From positions 720,001 through 752,000 of the forward strand of contig NZ_CP013011.1 of the NCBI RefSeq assembly GCF_001412615.1: a stretch of DNA of 32,000 nucleotides, read 5' to 3'. Positions 1 to 8,824 of this stretch are shown here, piece after piece. The stretch comes from Pyrodictium delaneyi. GTDB lineage: Archaea; Thermoproteota; Thermoprotei_A; Sulfolobales; Pyrodictiaceae. Within the stretch, counting starts at the first letter, position 1. The number at the start of each line of letters is the position of its first letter. Both the position numbers and the translations under genes were made by a program. The notes below the pieces were generated by a model that saw only the letters and a list, made by a program, of their open reading frames with translations, made no database searches and was not told the DNA's origin.

Positions 1-944
1 TCTACGAGGCGCTGGGCGAGATTGACAGCACAGTAGAGCAGCTCAACAACACCCTAAGCCAGCTCAGCTCCACTATATCTGCGGTAGAGCTGATAGCTAA
101 TGGCTACCTGGATCCACTCTTCGTGGAGTATAGCGACGTGCTGGATCCGAACGCGTACCGTGGCTACGTGTACGTGGGCGGGTACACACTGGGGCCTCCC
201 ATGGTGCAGCTTAGGAGCCCATATGTCTGCATAGACTATGGTAGAAGGACTGTAGAGATGAACCTGATGACAATAAGTCTGCCCGATGGGGGTAGCATCA
301 GCGTCGTCGGCACGAAGAGTAGCGAGGGCAGCGACAGGGTTTACGTGGAGTGGTGGGTGACTTGGCCTAACGGGACCAGCGTCCTCGTAGCAAACATTAC
401 GGGCAGTGCGTGGCGTAGCTTCAGCTTCACCGTCGGGAGCTACACGGTCACTGTCAGCGGCTACTTCTCCTGGACGAGATATACGTGGTGCGGAGAGTAC
501 ACGTATATCCCGTGGCTCTACAGGGTCACAATCCGGATCATTGGCGAGAGAAGCGCTACACTATATATATCCACGACGGACGTGGAATGGCCCGTTGACT
601 GGTTCAGGTGGACCGGGAGCTACAGATACGACACAATAAACGAGCTCGCTGCGAACCAGGTACTCCTAGTAGACCTCCAGACGCTCTACTGCCGCCAAGT
701 ACAGAACTATGGCGCGAGCTGCGTCCTCGTGAGCAGCCAGCTCGATAAGCCCGTACTAACGCCGGGTAGCGCCAGCAGCATAGTGTATAGTGTCTCGTCA
801 GAGGCGACAACAAGCTGGACGACATGCAGGTGCATAACCGTGACCAACCCCGGGCCATCGAGATACATAACGGTAAACTTCGACGGCGTGTGGATAACAC
901 TACCACCAAGGACATTCACAGGCTCGCTCTTCGAGAACCCCTAG
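1..944 (+). CDS. Hypothetical structural/surface-like protein of the integrated element (5' partial; N-terminus outside the window)
   Basis: The frame of track ORF 123..944 stays open back to base 3 (YEALGEIDSTVEQLNNTLSQLSS...), so the listed GTG is not the real start. Composition is S/T/Y/W/V-rich and beta-type, with N-x-S/T sequons (NGTS, NITG). No enzyme motif was recognised. Confidence 0.55.
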   Translation, partial: YEALGEIDSTVEQLNNTLSQLSSTISAVELIANGYLDPLFVEYSDVLDPNAYRGYVYVGGYTLGPPMVQLRSPYVCIDYGRRTVEMNLMTISLPDGGSISVVGTKSSEGSDRVYVEWWVTWPNGTSVLVANITGSAWRSFSFTVGSYTVTVSGYFSWTRYTWCGEYTYIPWLYRVTIRIIGERSATLYISTTDVEWPVDWFRWTGSYRYDTINELAANQVLLVDLQTLYCRQVQNYGASCVLVSSQLDKPVLTPGSASSIVYSVSSEATTSWTTCRCITVTNPGPSRYITVNFDGVWITLPPRTFTGSLFENP

Positions 945-954
945 CCTGCCAGCC

Positions 955-962
955 TTTTCTTT
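955..962 (+). terminator. Oligo-T tract (ttttcttt) just after the stop of the structural-like ORF
   Basis: A T-rich run lies 11 nt downstream of the stop at 942-944. Archaeal termination commonly uses oligo-T tracts. Confidence 0.3.
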
Positions 963-1130
963 GAACAGCCCCGTGTCCCCTACCCTCCGGTTTACGCTAG
1001 CCGGCTAGAGTGCTCGAGGGTGGGGTCTCGGCCTAGGAGCTGGCTGACAGTAGTCAAAGAGCCGGCTGACGCCCCGGCTTCCCGGGCGCCGTCTCCCCGG
1101 TCAGCCGTTTCTTAGACGGAGGGATGGGCT

Positions 1131-1436
1131 GTGGGCGACTGGGTCCTCTGCCGGATATTCTTCTACGGCGAGAAAACCGTGGAGATATGCAACCAGTTGC
1201 TCGACGAGCTCGTAGAACGGGGCTACATACACATAGCCCGGAGCGACCCAGAGAAGAGCATCAAGTACCACGTAGCCAAGAGGCTACGAGAACTAGGCAT
1301 ACTAATGCACCGGACCATAGAGAACTGCCGCCTCGACCGCATACACCGCATCTACGTAGCCGACCGCAAGAGGATGGCAAAGCTACGCCTCGAATTCGAC
1401 CAGCTCGACCGCCCATGGCCCATATGCATAGACTAG
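1131..1436 (+). CDS. Small basic DNA-binding-like protein (possible winged-helix regulator) of the integrated element
   Basis: The ORF is 101 aa with a GTG start, helix-rich and basic (ICNQLLDELVERGYIHIARS...KYHVAKRLRELGIL), and sits directly upstream of the integrase. The overlapping ORF 1124..1510 is Arg/Pro-rich and looks like a GC artefact. Confidence 0.4.
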   Translation: MGDWVLCRIFFYGEKTVEICNQLLDELVERGYIHIARSDPEKSIKYHVAKRLRELGILMHRTIENCRLDRIHRIYVADRKRMAKLRLEFDQLDRPWPICID

Positions 1437-1618
1437 TGCTCCAGCCCTATCTCCTCTTTTCGTCCCGTCTCTCCTCCCTCCAGGCACGTGGATGCGGCAT
1501 CCATGTCTAGCTATCCTTCTATACTAGCTCAGTACCAGCGAAGACAGTACTATCAGGTATACATTACCGATAGGGATAACGTTAGCTATCGCCGCTACGG
1601 CCATGAACGGGTGACACA

Positions 1619-2479
1619 ATGCGGGCCAGAGAGGCTGTCATAGACTGGGAGGGGTTCGGGGAGTATCTCGAGCTCCTCGGGCTGTCGAGGAAGCGTCGTA
1701 GCGACCTCCTGCGCTATGCTAAGCGCTACTATAGGCTGCTATGGGCTAGCCCGGTGGAGGCTGCTAGGGTCATCGCCGTGGAGAGCCCTCATGTGGCTGT
1801 GAAGGTCCTCGCGGCCCTCTCGAGGCTGGCGGAGCATCTTGGCGTCGAGGAGGACTGGGCCCGGCGCCGGCGTGCGATACGCCGGCTCCTCAGGTATAGG
1901 CTCCGTGGGGCGCTGCCCCGGAGTCGTGTGCCCAGGTACCTCCGCGAGGAGCCTGGGTTCGTGGAGAGGCTGCTGTCCATAGCGAGGAGGCTGCCGGGCA
2001 ACTACCGGTTATTCGCGGCCTTCATGCTGGCGACGGGGCTTCGGAGCCTCGAGGCCCTCCACGCGTACCGCGGCTACCATGTGTACCGGGTCGAGCGCTG
2101 GGGCGTCCCCCACCTGCTGCTATCGTGGGATAACGGCAGCAAGCGTGCATGGCTAGCGCTCCTAACGCCGGAGATAGACTCGAGGCTGCAGACCATAGAC
2201 GCGCACGGGGTCAGCTACACCAGGCTGCGCATGCAGTGGAAGCGGGCCTGCCGGGAGCTGGGCCTAGACCACCGCGTCTACCGCATCTACGACCTGAGAA
2301 CGGCGAACGCCACGCTACTCCTCGAGGCCGGGGCGCCAGCCTGGCTCGTCGACGGGCTACAGGGCAGAACAGGGCCCGAAATCCTCATGAAACACTACAA
2401 TGCAGCCGAGCTCCCAGTCATCTACAGGAAATGGTACCTACCAGCCCTACGAGAGCCTGTCAGGCGGCTCCTCGAGTAG
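1619..2479 (+). CDS. int: Tyrosine recombinase / integrase (intact, pNOB8-like organisation)
   Basis: The 286-aa translation carries box I-like ATGLRSLEAL and box II-like YDLRTANATLLLEAGAPAWLVDGLQGRT...LMKHYN, with the candidate catalytic Tyr in the last motif. It lies next to the tRNA-fragment att site. Confidence 0.75.
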   Translation: MRAREAVIDWEGFGEYLELLGLSRKRRSDLLRYAKRYYRLLWASPVEAARVIAVESPHVAVKVLAALSRLAEHLGVEEDWARRRRAIRRLLRYRLRGALPRSRVPRYLREEPGFVERLLSIARRLPGNYRLFAAFMLATGLRSLEALHAYRGYHVYRVERWGVPHLLLSWDNGSKRAWLALLTPEIDSRLQTIDAHGVSYTRLRMQWKRACRELGLDHRVYRIYDLRTANATLLLEAGAPAWLVDGLQGRTGPEILMKHYNAAELPVIYRKWYLPALREPVRRLLE

Positions 2480-2488
2480 CAAGGAACT

Positions 2489-2538
2489 CCACCCTCACAC
2501 GGCGGAGGTCCGGGGTTCAAATCCCCGCGGGCCCACCA
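2489..2538 (+). repeat. Orphan 3' half of a tRNA (anticodon arm to CCA; anticodon position reads CAC, Val-like) = att repeat
   Basis: The sequence parses as CCACC-CTCACAC-GGCGG (anticodon arm, one A.C mismatch), AGGTC, CGGGG-TTCAAAT-CCCCG (T arm), CGGGCCC-A-CCA. The complementary 5' acceptor strand GGGCCCG and a D arm are absent from the preceding 75 nt. Confidence 0.7.
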
Positions 2539-2550
2539 TCCTCGGTTCCT

Positions 2551-3719
2551 CTATGATGTTCCCCTCACCTCTTTAGCGGGGGTCATAGTCCTCGTCACGT
2601 GTCTCCGTTCTCGCATGGCATATAGTATCGCTATGGATATTGCTAGTAGTGCTGCTCTTATCGTGAAGGGTAGTGTTGAGTCTATTGTGGCTGTTAGGCC
2701 TACTAGTGCTGGGCCTGGTAGCGCTGCTAGTCTCCGGCCCGTGTTGAAGATTGCTAGCGCTGTAGCTCTGCTGGCTATGTATCGTCTGGCAATCATTACT
2801 GGTGGGGCGGCCTGTGGTAGTGTGTTAGCGATTCGCCAGAGGAGGAGCGCAGCTAGCGATAGTTCTGGTTTGTAGGCGAAGAGTAGTGATACTAACGCGG
2901 CTAGGCTCCAGCCCAGGATGGCTGTGGCTCTTGGTCCTAGGGTGTCTACTAGGCCGCCAGAGGCGAGGCCTCCTAGAGCTACTGCTACAGAGGCTATGCC
3001 CATCGCTGCTCCGTATTCTACCGCCGTGAACCCGGCCTCTTCCATGTATATACTGGTATATACCATTCTAGGCCGTTGGAGGTGAGCATGTCCAGCCCAT
3101 AGGCTGCTACGAGTAGGAGGAGCCACTTGTCGCCTACTCTCAGTACTCGTCTAAGCACGTGGTGCACGGGCTGGCTAACTTCACCGGCTTGTACGGATAC
3201 TGTCTCTGTCTCTGTAAGGAGTGTAGCAAGTAGTAGCTGTAGTGCTAGGGTGGCTACTCCTATGACCAGTAGTAGGCTGTACATGCCCTGCTCGTAGAGG
3301 TAGCCGGCTAGCGGCAGCGTAGCCAGTGGCGGCAGTGAGGGCGCGACGCGGACGGCTAGCATGTAGAGGGTCCCTTGTATCCTCCGCGGGGACGACTCTA
3401 GCGCTAGCGCGTGTATGGCTGGCGAGCCGAGCCCAACAGCGAGGAAGTACGCGGGGAAGCCAGCGTAGACCGGTACTCTGCCCGGCAGCAACATGGAGGC
3501 GAGGGCTAGCGCCGATGCCGAGAGGCTGGCCATTAGGACCTTCTTTCTGCCAAGCGTGTCGGCTAGCACACCGCCGGCTAGGTTGCCGGTCAGTATGCCT
3601 ACCTCGGAGGCGGTGTAGAGGAGCCCCAAAGTGGTCTTGGAGAGGCCTAGGCTCTGGGAGGCGTACAGCGGGAAGAACATTATCCACATGCCGCAGAGCC
3701 CGGTATACAGCGTGTTCAT
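2551..3719 (-). pseudogene. MFS transporter interrupted by a frameshift (or an assembly error)
   Basis: Two overlapping minus-strand ORFs (3719..3018 and 3126..2551) together make one 12-TM-type protein. The N-half has the MFS motif-A-like GVLADTLGRKKV. The reading frame switches inside gtatatactggtatata (~3045-3070): ...GLEWYIPVY in one frame continues as ...MEEAGFTAVEYG in the other. Confidence 0.6.
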
Positions 3720-4221
3720 GGCTAGTAGCAGTACGTAGTTCCTCCTAGCAGTGGGGCCCCTCTCTGGGCGCGGTATGGTTCGTCACCGTTTCTTGGCAGT
3801 TGCATCCACGCAGGTAGCCCCTCATACCCACATATATGGCTAATCCATGTTTCTATCCCTGGGCAGGCTACGCTATAGAAGGGGACAGGGCTGTAACTCC
3901 TCCCCAGGGCGATGTAGAGGCCCTTTCGTTAGCTGACCCGGGGGCCTCGGCCCGCGGGGGTGGTGTGAGCCCCGACTCCTGAAGCCCCTCCTTGTTATCC
4001 TTACGATGTCTGTCTGCCTTCTCCTCTCCTGTACAGGCGGTCTTTCTCCGGGTATTCCCGGATGAAGGCATGGACCCTGGGTCCAGGTTTTAACCAGTGA
4101 CGTGGCGGGGTACCACCCCGATAATTCATATCGTATTACCTGCGCATTTTCTGACTGGCTCGCCTCCAACCCGGCTAGGCTAACTATACGGCTAGCGCCA
4201 TATACCAATGGGGATGCTGTC

Positions 4222-6141
4222 ATGGAGGCAGCGAAGAATGCAGCGCGCCCAGCGGGCTCTGCAACGGTAGCGGAGTATCTAGAGGCCGCTGGCTTCGACG
4301 TCTTCGAGAACGCTAACCGCTACCCTGGGCCAAGCGGCCTCCTCACATACGTGGCGGAGAAGGCCCTAGACACGATAGTCTATAGTGAGCTGCCCGAGCC
4401 CCTGGCGAAGGCCCACCTCGACGGCAGGGTCTACGTGCACAAGCTCCCCTACGCGCTCTACATACCCTACTGTAGTGGTCACAGCGTGGAAAGGCTCCTC
4501 CGCAAGGGGCTCCGCACGCCAACGATATCAGCGCGTCCTGCCAGGCACTTCGACACCTACGTGGACCATGTGGCGAACTACCTGATAGCCATGCAGCACT
4601 ACTTCAGCGGTGCCCAGGCGTTCGGCGCGGTAGAGCTCTACGCGGGTCCCTTCATAAGGCGCGACGGCCTAGACTACCGCGCAGTGAAGCAGGGTGTACA
4701 GAGGCTCATCTACAACCTCAACTTCCCCAGCCGCGCGGGCATGCAGACACCGTTCACCAATTTCACGGTGGTCCTAGACGCGGCGCGGAGCAAGCTAGAG
4801 AAGGATGATGCAGTCTATGCGGGCGAGCCCACGGGCAAGCTGGGCGAGTATCTTGACGAAGCGCGGCTCTTCGTGAAGGCTCTCTACGAGGTCCACGGGG
4901 AGGGTGACGCCGCTGGCAGGCCCTTCACCTTCCCAATACCCACCATAATGACGACGAGTAGGATGCTCTTCGACGACCCCGAGGTATTCGAGGCGGTGTT
5001 CAACGCGGCGGCACGGAGAGGTACCGGGTATTGGCTCAATACCAGAGTCGTGGATCCGGACGCGAGCTTCGCTATGTGCTGTAGGATAAACATAGACATG
5101 AACGAGCTTCTCCACGCTATGAGGGTTGGGCCCAAGAGTATGAGGATACGCGACCTCCGGCGGGAGCTCGAAGAAGCCCGCGAGGAGTACATCAGGAGCC
5201 TCGAGCGCCAGAGGATGGGTGGCCTCTGGGCAGTCCCCGACATAACTGGCAGCAAGGTCGTCATCACCGTCAACCTTCCTAGGCTAGCCCTCGAGGCCCG
5301 TGGTGATGATGCGGCCTTCACGGAGGCACTTGACGAGACCCTGCGGCTCGTAAGGCAAGGCCTAGAGTGGTTTGCCCGGCGCTACGAGAAGCTGTCCCGG
5401 CTCTACCCCGGCTTCTACAGCATGGTGCTCGACTACCTACCCGAGGTCTTCAAGCTGACCGGTACACCGTACTTCCTAACAGTGGGCGTCATAGGGCTCC
5501 CCGAGGCAGCAGCTATAATGATGGGCGACCCCAAGGCCTGGCGTGAGGGCAGCAGGAGCCAGTGGCGCGAGATGGCCGAGTGGATGCGGCGGACAGTAGA
5601 GTACATCGTGGAGCGTACACGCCGCTGGAGCATGCGCACCGGGCTAGCCTTCAACGTCGAAGAGGTGCCCGGCGAGAGCGCCGCAGCAAAGCTGGCCCGG
5701 CGGGACTCCAGGCTCTACCCACGGGTCCTCGACTACCTCCCGGACCCAGAAGAGCCCGTGTACAGCACGAGCATAGCGCCGTACTACGCGCCTATGGAGC
5801 TATGGGAGCGCGTCGAGGTCGAGGAACGCGTACAACCGGTCTTCACCGGCGGCGTGATGATGCACATCTTCCTCGGCGAGGAGCCAGACCCAGAGGCCCT
5901 CGCAAGCCTAACCAGGAAGCTCACAGCGAATACAAACCTAGTCTACTGGAGCTACACGCCAGCAGTAACAGTATGCCCCAAGTGCGGCTGGAGCGGAATA
6001 GGCCTGATAACATCCTGTCCACGCTGCGGCTCGGAGACAGAGATATGGAGCAGGATAATCGGATACTACCGGCCACTAAAGAACTGGAACCCGGCTCGCC
6101 GCCGCGAGTTCTGGACACGCCGCCACTACAGCAGAATCTAA
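4222..6141 (+). CDS. nrdD: Anaerobic ribonucleoside-triphosphate reductase (class III RNR)
   Basis: The C-terminus has a Zn-ribbon CPKCG...CPRCG followed by the glycyl-radical motif SRIIGYYRP, and a radical-SAM activase lies downstream. The ATG at 4222 (MEAAKNAARP) is preferred over the track start GTG 4102, whose first 40 codons lie in the structured intergenic block. The start remains uncertain. Confidence 0.85.
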   Translation: MEAAKNAARPAGSATVAEYLEAAGFDVFENANRYPGPSGLLTYVAEKALDTIVYSELPEPLAKAHLDGRVYVHKLPYALYIPYCSGHSVERLLRKGLRTPTISARPARHFDTYVDHVANYLIAMQHYFSGAQAFGAVELYAGPFIRRDGLDYRAVKQGVQRLIYNLNFPSRAGMQTPFTNFTVVLDAARSKLEKDDAVYAGEPTGKLGEYLDEARLFVKALYEVHGEGDAAGRPFTFPIPTIMTTSRMLFDDPEVFEAVFNAAARRGTGYWLNTRVVDPDASFAMCCRINIDMNELLHAMRVGPKSMRIRDLRRELEEAREEYIRSLERQRMGGLWAVPDITGSKVVITVNLPRLALEARGDDAAFTEALDETLRLVRQGLEWFARRYEKLSRLYPGFYSMVLDYLPEVFKLTGTPYFLTVGVIGLPEAAAIMMGDPKAWREGSRSQWREMAEWMRRTVEYIVERTRRWSMRTGLAFNVEEVPGESAAAKLARRDSRLYPRVLDYLPDPEEPVYSTSIAPYYAPMELWERVEVEERVQPVFTGGVMMHIFLGEEPDPEALASLTRKLTANTNLVYWSYTPAVTVCPKCGWSGIGLITSCPRCGSETEIWSRIIGYYRPLKNWNPARRREFWTRRHYSRI

Positions 6142-6194
6142 CGCCTCATTACATTCTCCCATGCCCGCATTTATGTGGAGGCCTGGAACCCGCC

Positions 6195-6800
6195 TTGCCG
6201 CTCATATCCTTTATAGGAGTCCACGGCTCCGGGAAGACCTCTACAGCCCGGCTCCTAGCCCAGCTCTACCCAGACTGCTACAACTACCGCGAGCTAGAGG
6301 CCATAGACGAGGCCCACGGCCTGCCACCAATTGCGCGTCAGCTTCTCTTCCTCTCAAGATTCATAGACGGGTATCTCCGGGCGTACAGGGAGTCTCAGAG
6401 AAACAGGAAGGCAATAGTCATGGATAGTCATCCAGTGCTCGTCCCCATCTATAGCCGGTGGTGGCTCCGAGGCCAAGCAGAGGAGGCCATAGAGGCTATG
6501 GAGAAGCTACTCCAGGCGCTCCCGCCTGCAGACCTGCTCGTCTACATAAGGGCCCAGAGCGCCGAGGAGATAGCACAACGCATCCTCATGCGGGGCCGCC
6601 AGGTCGCCCAAGAGGAGGCCAACCCGGAGTACATATCGTTCATAGACCGCGAGGCCTCGAGGATCGTCGAAGAATATGGTGGCAGACTAGCCCGGAGGAT
6701 AATAGTCCTCGAGGCCGGGGAGCCTCTAGAAGAGAAGGTGCGCCGAGTACACGCGGAGTACACTAGGCTAGCCGGAGGCGCCTGGGCTTGCAGCTACTAA
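6195..6800 (+). CDS. P-loop deoxynucleoside/nucleotide kinase-like protein (dNK/TMPK fold)
   Basis: Only the 3' third of track ORF 5562..6800 is credible. After the nrdD stop the frame reads PLISFIGVHGSGKTSTARLL (Walker A), IVMDSHP, and PADLLVYIRAQSAEEIAQRILMRGRQVAQEE (LID-like R-G-R). No ATG or GTG precedes the P-loop; TTG at 6195 is the only in-frame start candidate found. Confidence 0.55.
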   Translation: MPLISFIGVHGSGKTSTARLLAQLYPDCYNYRELEAIDEAHGLPPIARQLLFLSRFIDGYLRAYRESQRNRKAIVMDSHPVLVPIYSRWWLRGQAEEAIEAMEKLLQALPPADLLVYIRAQSAEEIAQRILMRGRQVAQEEANPEYISFIDREASRIVEEYGGRLARRIIVLEAGEPLEEKVRRVHAEYTRLAGGAWACSY

Positions 6801-7543
6801 TCGGGGGCTGGAAGGCGCCTAGCCTAGTAGACGTAAGGGGACGTGCCACTTTCACACTCTGGCTTTGTGGCTGTAACTTGCGCTGTCCCTTCTGCCACAA
6901 CTGGCGGCTAGCAGAGACATCGCCTGAAGTCTGCCGTAGAGTAGAGCTAGATAGAGTAGTAGAAGCGCTTTCTGAAGCTGCTAGGCTTGTAGACATGCTC
7001 CACGTGACTGGCGGCGAGCCCCTACTACAGCCCCGGGGGCTAGAGAAGCTGTTAGAAGCGAGCCGCGAGCTGGGCCTCGGTAACAGCGTCAACACTAACT
7101 GTACACTCCCCGGCATACTCAAGCCAATGCTAGACCGCGGCCTCGTGGGCCATGTCGCAACCGACCTCAAGACGCCCTTCCAGCAGTTAACCGGCCTACA
7201 GGAGGATGCGGCAAAGCGGCTCTACAATGGGTTCCTAGAATGTCTCAGCATGCTGGCAGACTACGGGGTCGAAGTCGAGCTACGTATACCTGTGCCTAGG
7301 GAGATACCAGGCTACGTGGAGCTGCTCGGGGAGAGCCTCAGAAAAGCAGCAGAAGCACTTCAGGGCACAAAGTGGTACGTCGTTGTGAACCCACTCCGGG
7401 GTCAACCCTTAGTAACCCCTAGAGACAATGACTGGTGTACCAAGTACTGCAACCCCGAGCAAAGACTCGTTGGCGAGGTTGTAGAAGTAGCACGAAAGTT
7501 CGCCGGAAAGGTGTATGTCAACCGTACGCTCCTCTCTGCCTAG
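6788..7543 (+). CDS. nrdG: Anaerobic RNR activating protein (radical SAM)
   Basis: CGCNLRCPFCHN (CxxxCxxC) lies near the N-terminus and is followed by VTGGEPLL. The start overlaps the upstream stop, which suggests operon coupling. Confidence 0.8.
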   Translation: MQLLIGGWKAPSLVDVRGRATFTLWLCGCNLRCPFCHNWRLAETSPEVCRRVELDRVVEALSEAARLVDMLHVTGGEPLLQPRGLEKLLEASRELGLGNSVNTNCTLPGILKPMLDRGLVGHVATDLKTPFQQLTGLQEDAAKRLYNGFLECLSMLADYGVEVELRIPVPREIPGYVELLGESLRKAAEALQGTKWYVVVNPLRGQPLVTPRDNDWCTKYCNPEQRLVGEVVEVARKFAGKVYVNRTLLSA

Positions 7544-7650
7544 CAAGACGTAAACTGATGGAAAGGCCCAGGGCTAGCCCTCTGGGAAATCTTCTTAACC
7601 CCTCGCTAGAGTGGTAGAACCCTTACATGGCAAGAGCCGGAACCCTGGGT

Positions 7651-7729
7651 GCGGCGGTCGTCTAGCCTGGACTAGGACGCCGGCCTGCCAAGCCGGCGAT
7701 CCCGGGTTCAAATCCCGGCCGCCGCACCA
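7651..7729 (+). tRNA. tRNA-Gly (GCC), CCA encoded
   Basis: Manual cloverleaf: GCGGCGG/TC/GTCT-loop-GGAC/G/CCGGC-CTGCCAA-GCCGG/CGATC/CCGGG-TTCAAAT-CCCGG/CCGCCGC/A/CCA. Confidence 0.9.
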
Positions 7730-7876
7730 CATTCCTCCTCTAAGCATATCCTCCTTCTGTGCTGGCTCGACTCTAAAATGGCTGCTAGCTGTACAGTCCT
7801 AGTCCCGGCACTGAAGTACTCAATAATAACTTGGACTCCTTCTACATAGTGTCTGAGGGAAGGGTGGTATAGCGTC

Positions 7877-8119
7877 TTGTCTCGCTGGCTTGAGGTTTTC
7901 GAGGGTCGGTGGAAATGCCCAAAATGTGGCTCCATGGAGATAATCGTTAATGAGCATGCATTTACGGGTACAGGCCTCAGTAGACTTCTTGACTGGCAGA
8001 GCTACGAGTATGTAGCTGTCACCTGCAAGAAATGTGGCTATACAGAGTTCTACAACAAGGCTATACTGGGTGACGAGAGGAATGCTGTTAAGATTCTAGA
8101 TTTAATCTTCGGCTCTTAG
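7877..8119 (+). CDS. Small Zn-ribbon protein (two CxxC pairs)
   Basis: The 80-aa ORF has a TTG start and carries CPKCGS ... CKKCGY ~40 aa apart, a layout recalled for DUF2082-type Zn-ribbon proteins. It is the first gene of the low-GC island. Confidence 0.5.
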   Translation: MSRWLEVFEGRWKCPKCGSMEIIVNEHAFTGTGLSRLLDWQSYEYVAVTCKKCGYTEFYNKAILGDERNAVKILDLIFGS

Positions 8120-8352
8120 ACGGCTTCGCAGCAACACCCTTGGCCAGAAATAATGTGATTAAATTATACATGTTTTCCGTTTGTAGACTGAGCAGATGCC
8201 ACAAACAAGTGCTTGAATTCGGCAAACCATGGTATTAGTGTTCAATTATAAGTGTTTTAGAGGTGTCAGATATTACCTGGTGAAGTGTTCCCGTTTTCCT
8301 AAGGTGCTGTAGCGAACACTGCTATGGCATATGTCATCTCGGGGGACGATTC

Positions 8353-8685
8353 ATGGAACTGGAATCACTTGTTTTGAGCTTGGTGAGACTTTACATGATT
8401 AACCCCGTGTTTGCGCTTCTTGTAGACACTGTGGCGGCGTTGGGGCTCCTTGTAGCAAGCGAGCTATTGATCCGCAGTATCCTCCGGAGCCGCATTACTG
8501 GGAGAATGATTATAGCTGCTAGAACAGTATTAGCCTCAATACTAGTCCTCATCCATGAATATATCAAGGAGGGGTACTTCTTCAAGCCGAGTGATCTCCC
8601 AGTCTTCCCGCCTCGTAGCCATGAGTCGTTCTTGGCATTTCTTGCAGCGTTGAGTATCATTCTGCGCCGGGCACTGATACTCTAG
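8353..8685 (+). CDS. Small integral membrane protein (3-4 predicted TM segments)
   Basis: The 110-aa ORF contains hydrophobic stretches PVFALLVDTVAALGLLVASELLI, MIIAARTVLASILVLI and FLAFLAALSIIL. No motif was recognised. Confidence 0.45.
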   Translation: MELESLVLSLVRLYMINPVFALLVDTVAALGLLVASELLIRSILRSRITGRMIIAARTVLASILVLIHEYIKEGYFFKPSDLPVFPPRSHESFLAFLAALSIILRRALIL

Positions 8686-8824
8686 AACCTTGAGCCCTCA
8701 CCTTCATTACATTTAGACACCGGGTATGCGTAAAAGAGGCTCTATAGGAGTCCTAGAAGCCTAGGGGGCTAGCTAGGCAAGTAGGTAGAAGCAGCACCAA
8801 GCCTAGCTATGAGGCGTTGGTACT

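Larger units (their letters stand above)
1..2538 (+). mobile_element. Terminal ~2.5 kb of an integrated virus/plasmid-like element that continues upstream of the window and ends at a tRNA-3'-half att repeat
   Basis: Gene order is a large structural-like ORF, a small wHTH-like ORF, then an intact tyrosine recombinase. The integrase stop (2477-2479) lies ~10 nt from a ~50-nt copy of the 3' half of a tRNA (2489-2538) that has no 5' half. This is the expected distal junction of a tRNA-targeting archaeal integrative element whose int gene is not split. Confidence 0.6.

Noticed and set aside
3181-3748. ORFs 3181..3687 (-) and 3326..3748 (+) overlapping the MFS gene
   Set aside because: They are low-complexity Arg/Pro-rich translations. 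The MFS frame shows TM periodicity and the GRKK loop motif.
3868-4223. Minus-strand ORFs 3868..4071 and 3873..4223 upstream of nrdD
   Set aside because: The sequence is Pro/Arg/Gly-rich with no start context and lies in a hairpin-dense block. It was treated as non-coding (see the finding on 3720-4221).
5562-6194. N-terminal two thirds of the 412-aa track ORF 5562..6800, lying inside nrdD in another frame
   Set aside because: The translation is Arg/Pro/Ala-rich low complexity, typical of off-frame reading of GC-rich coding DNA. Only the part after the nrdD stop shows real protein motifs (P-loop).
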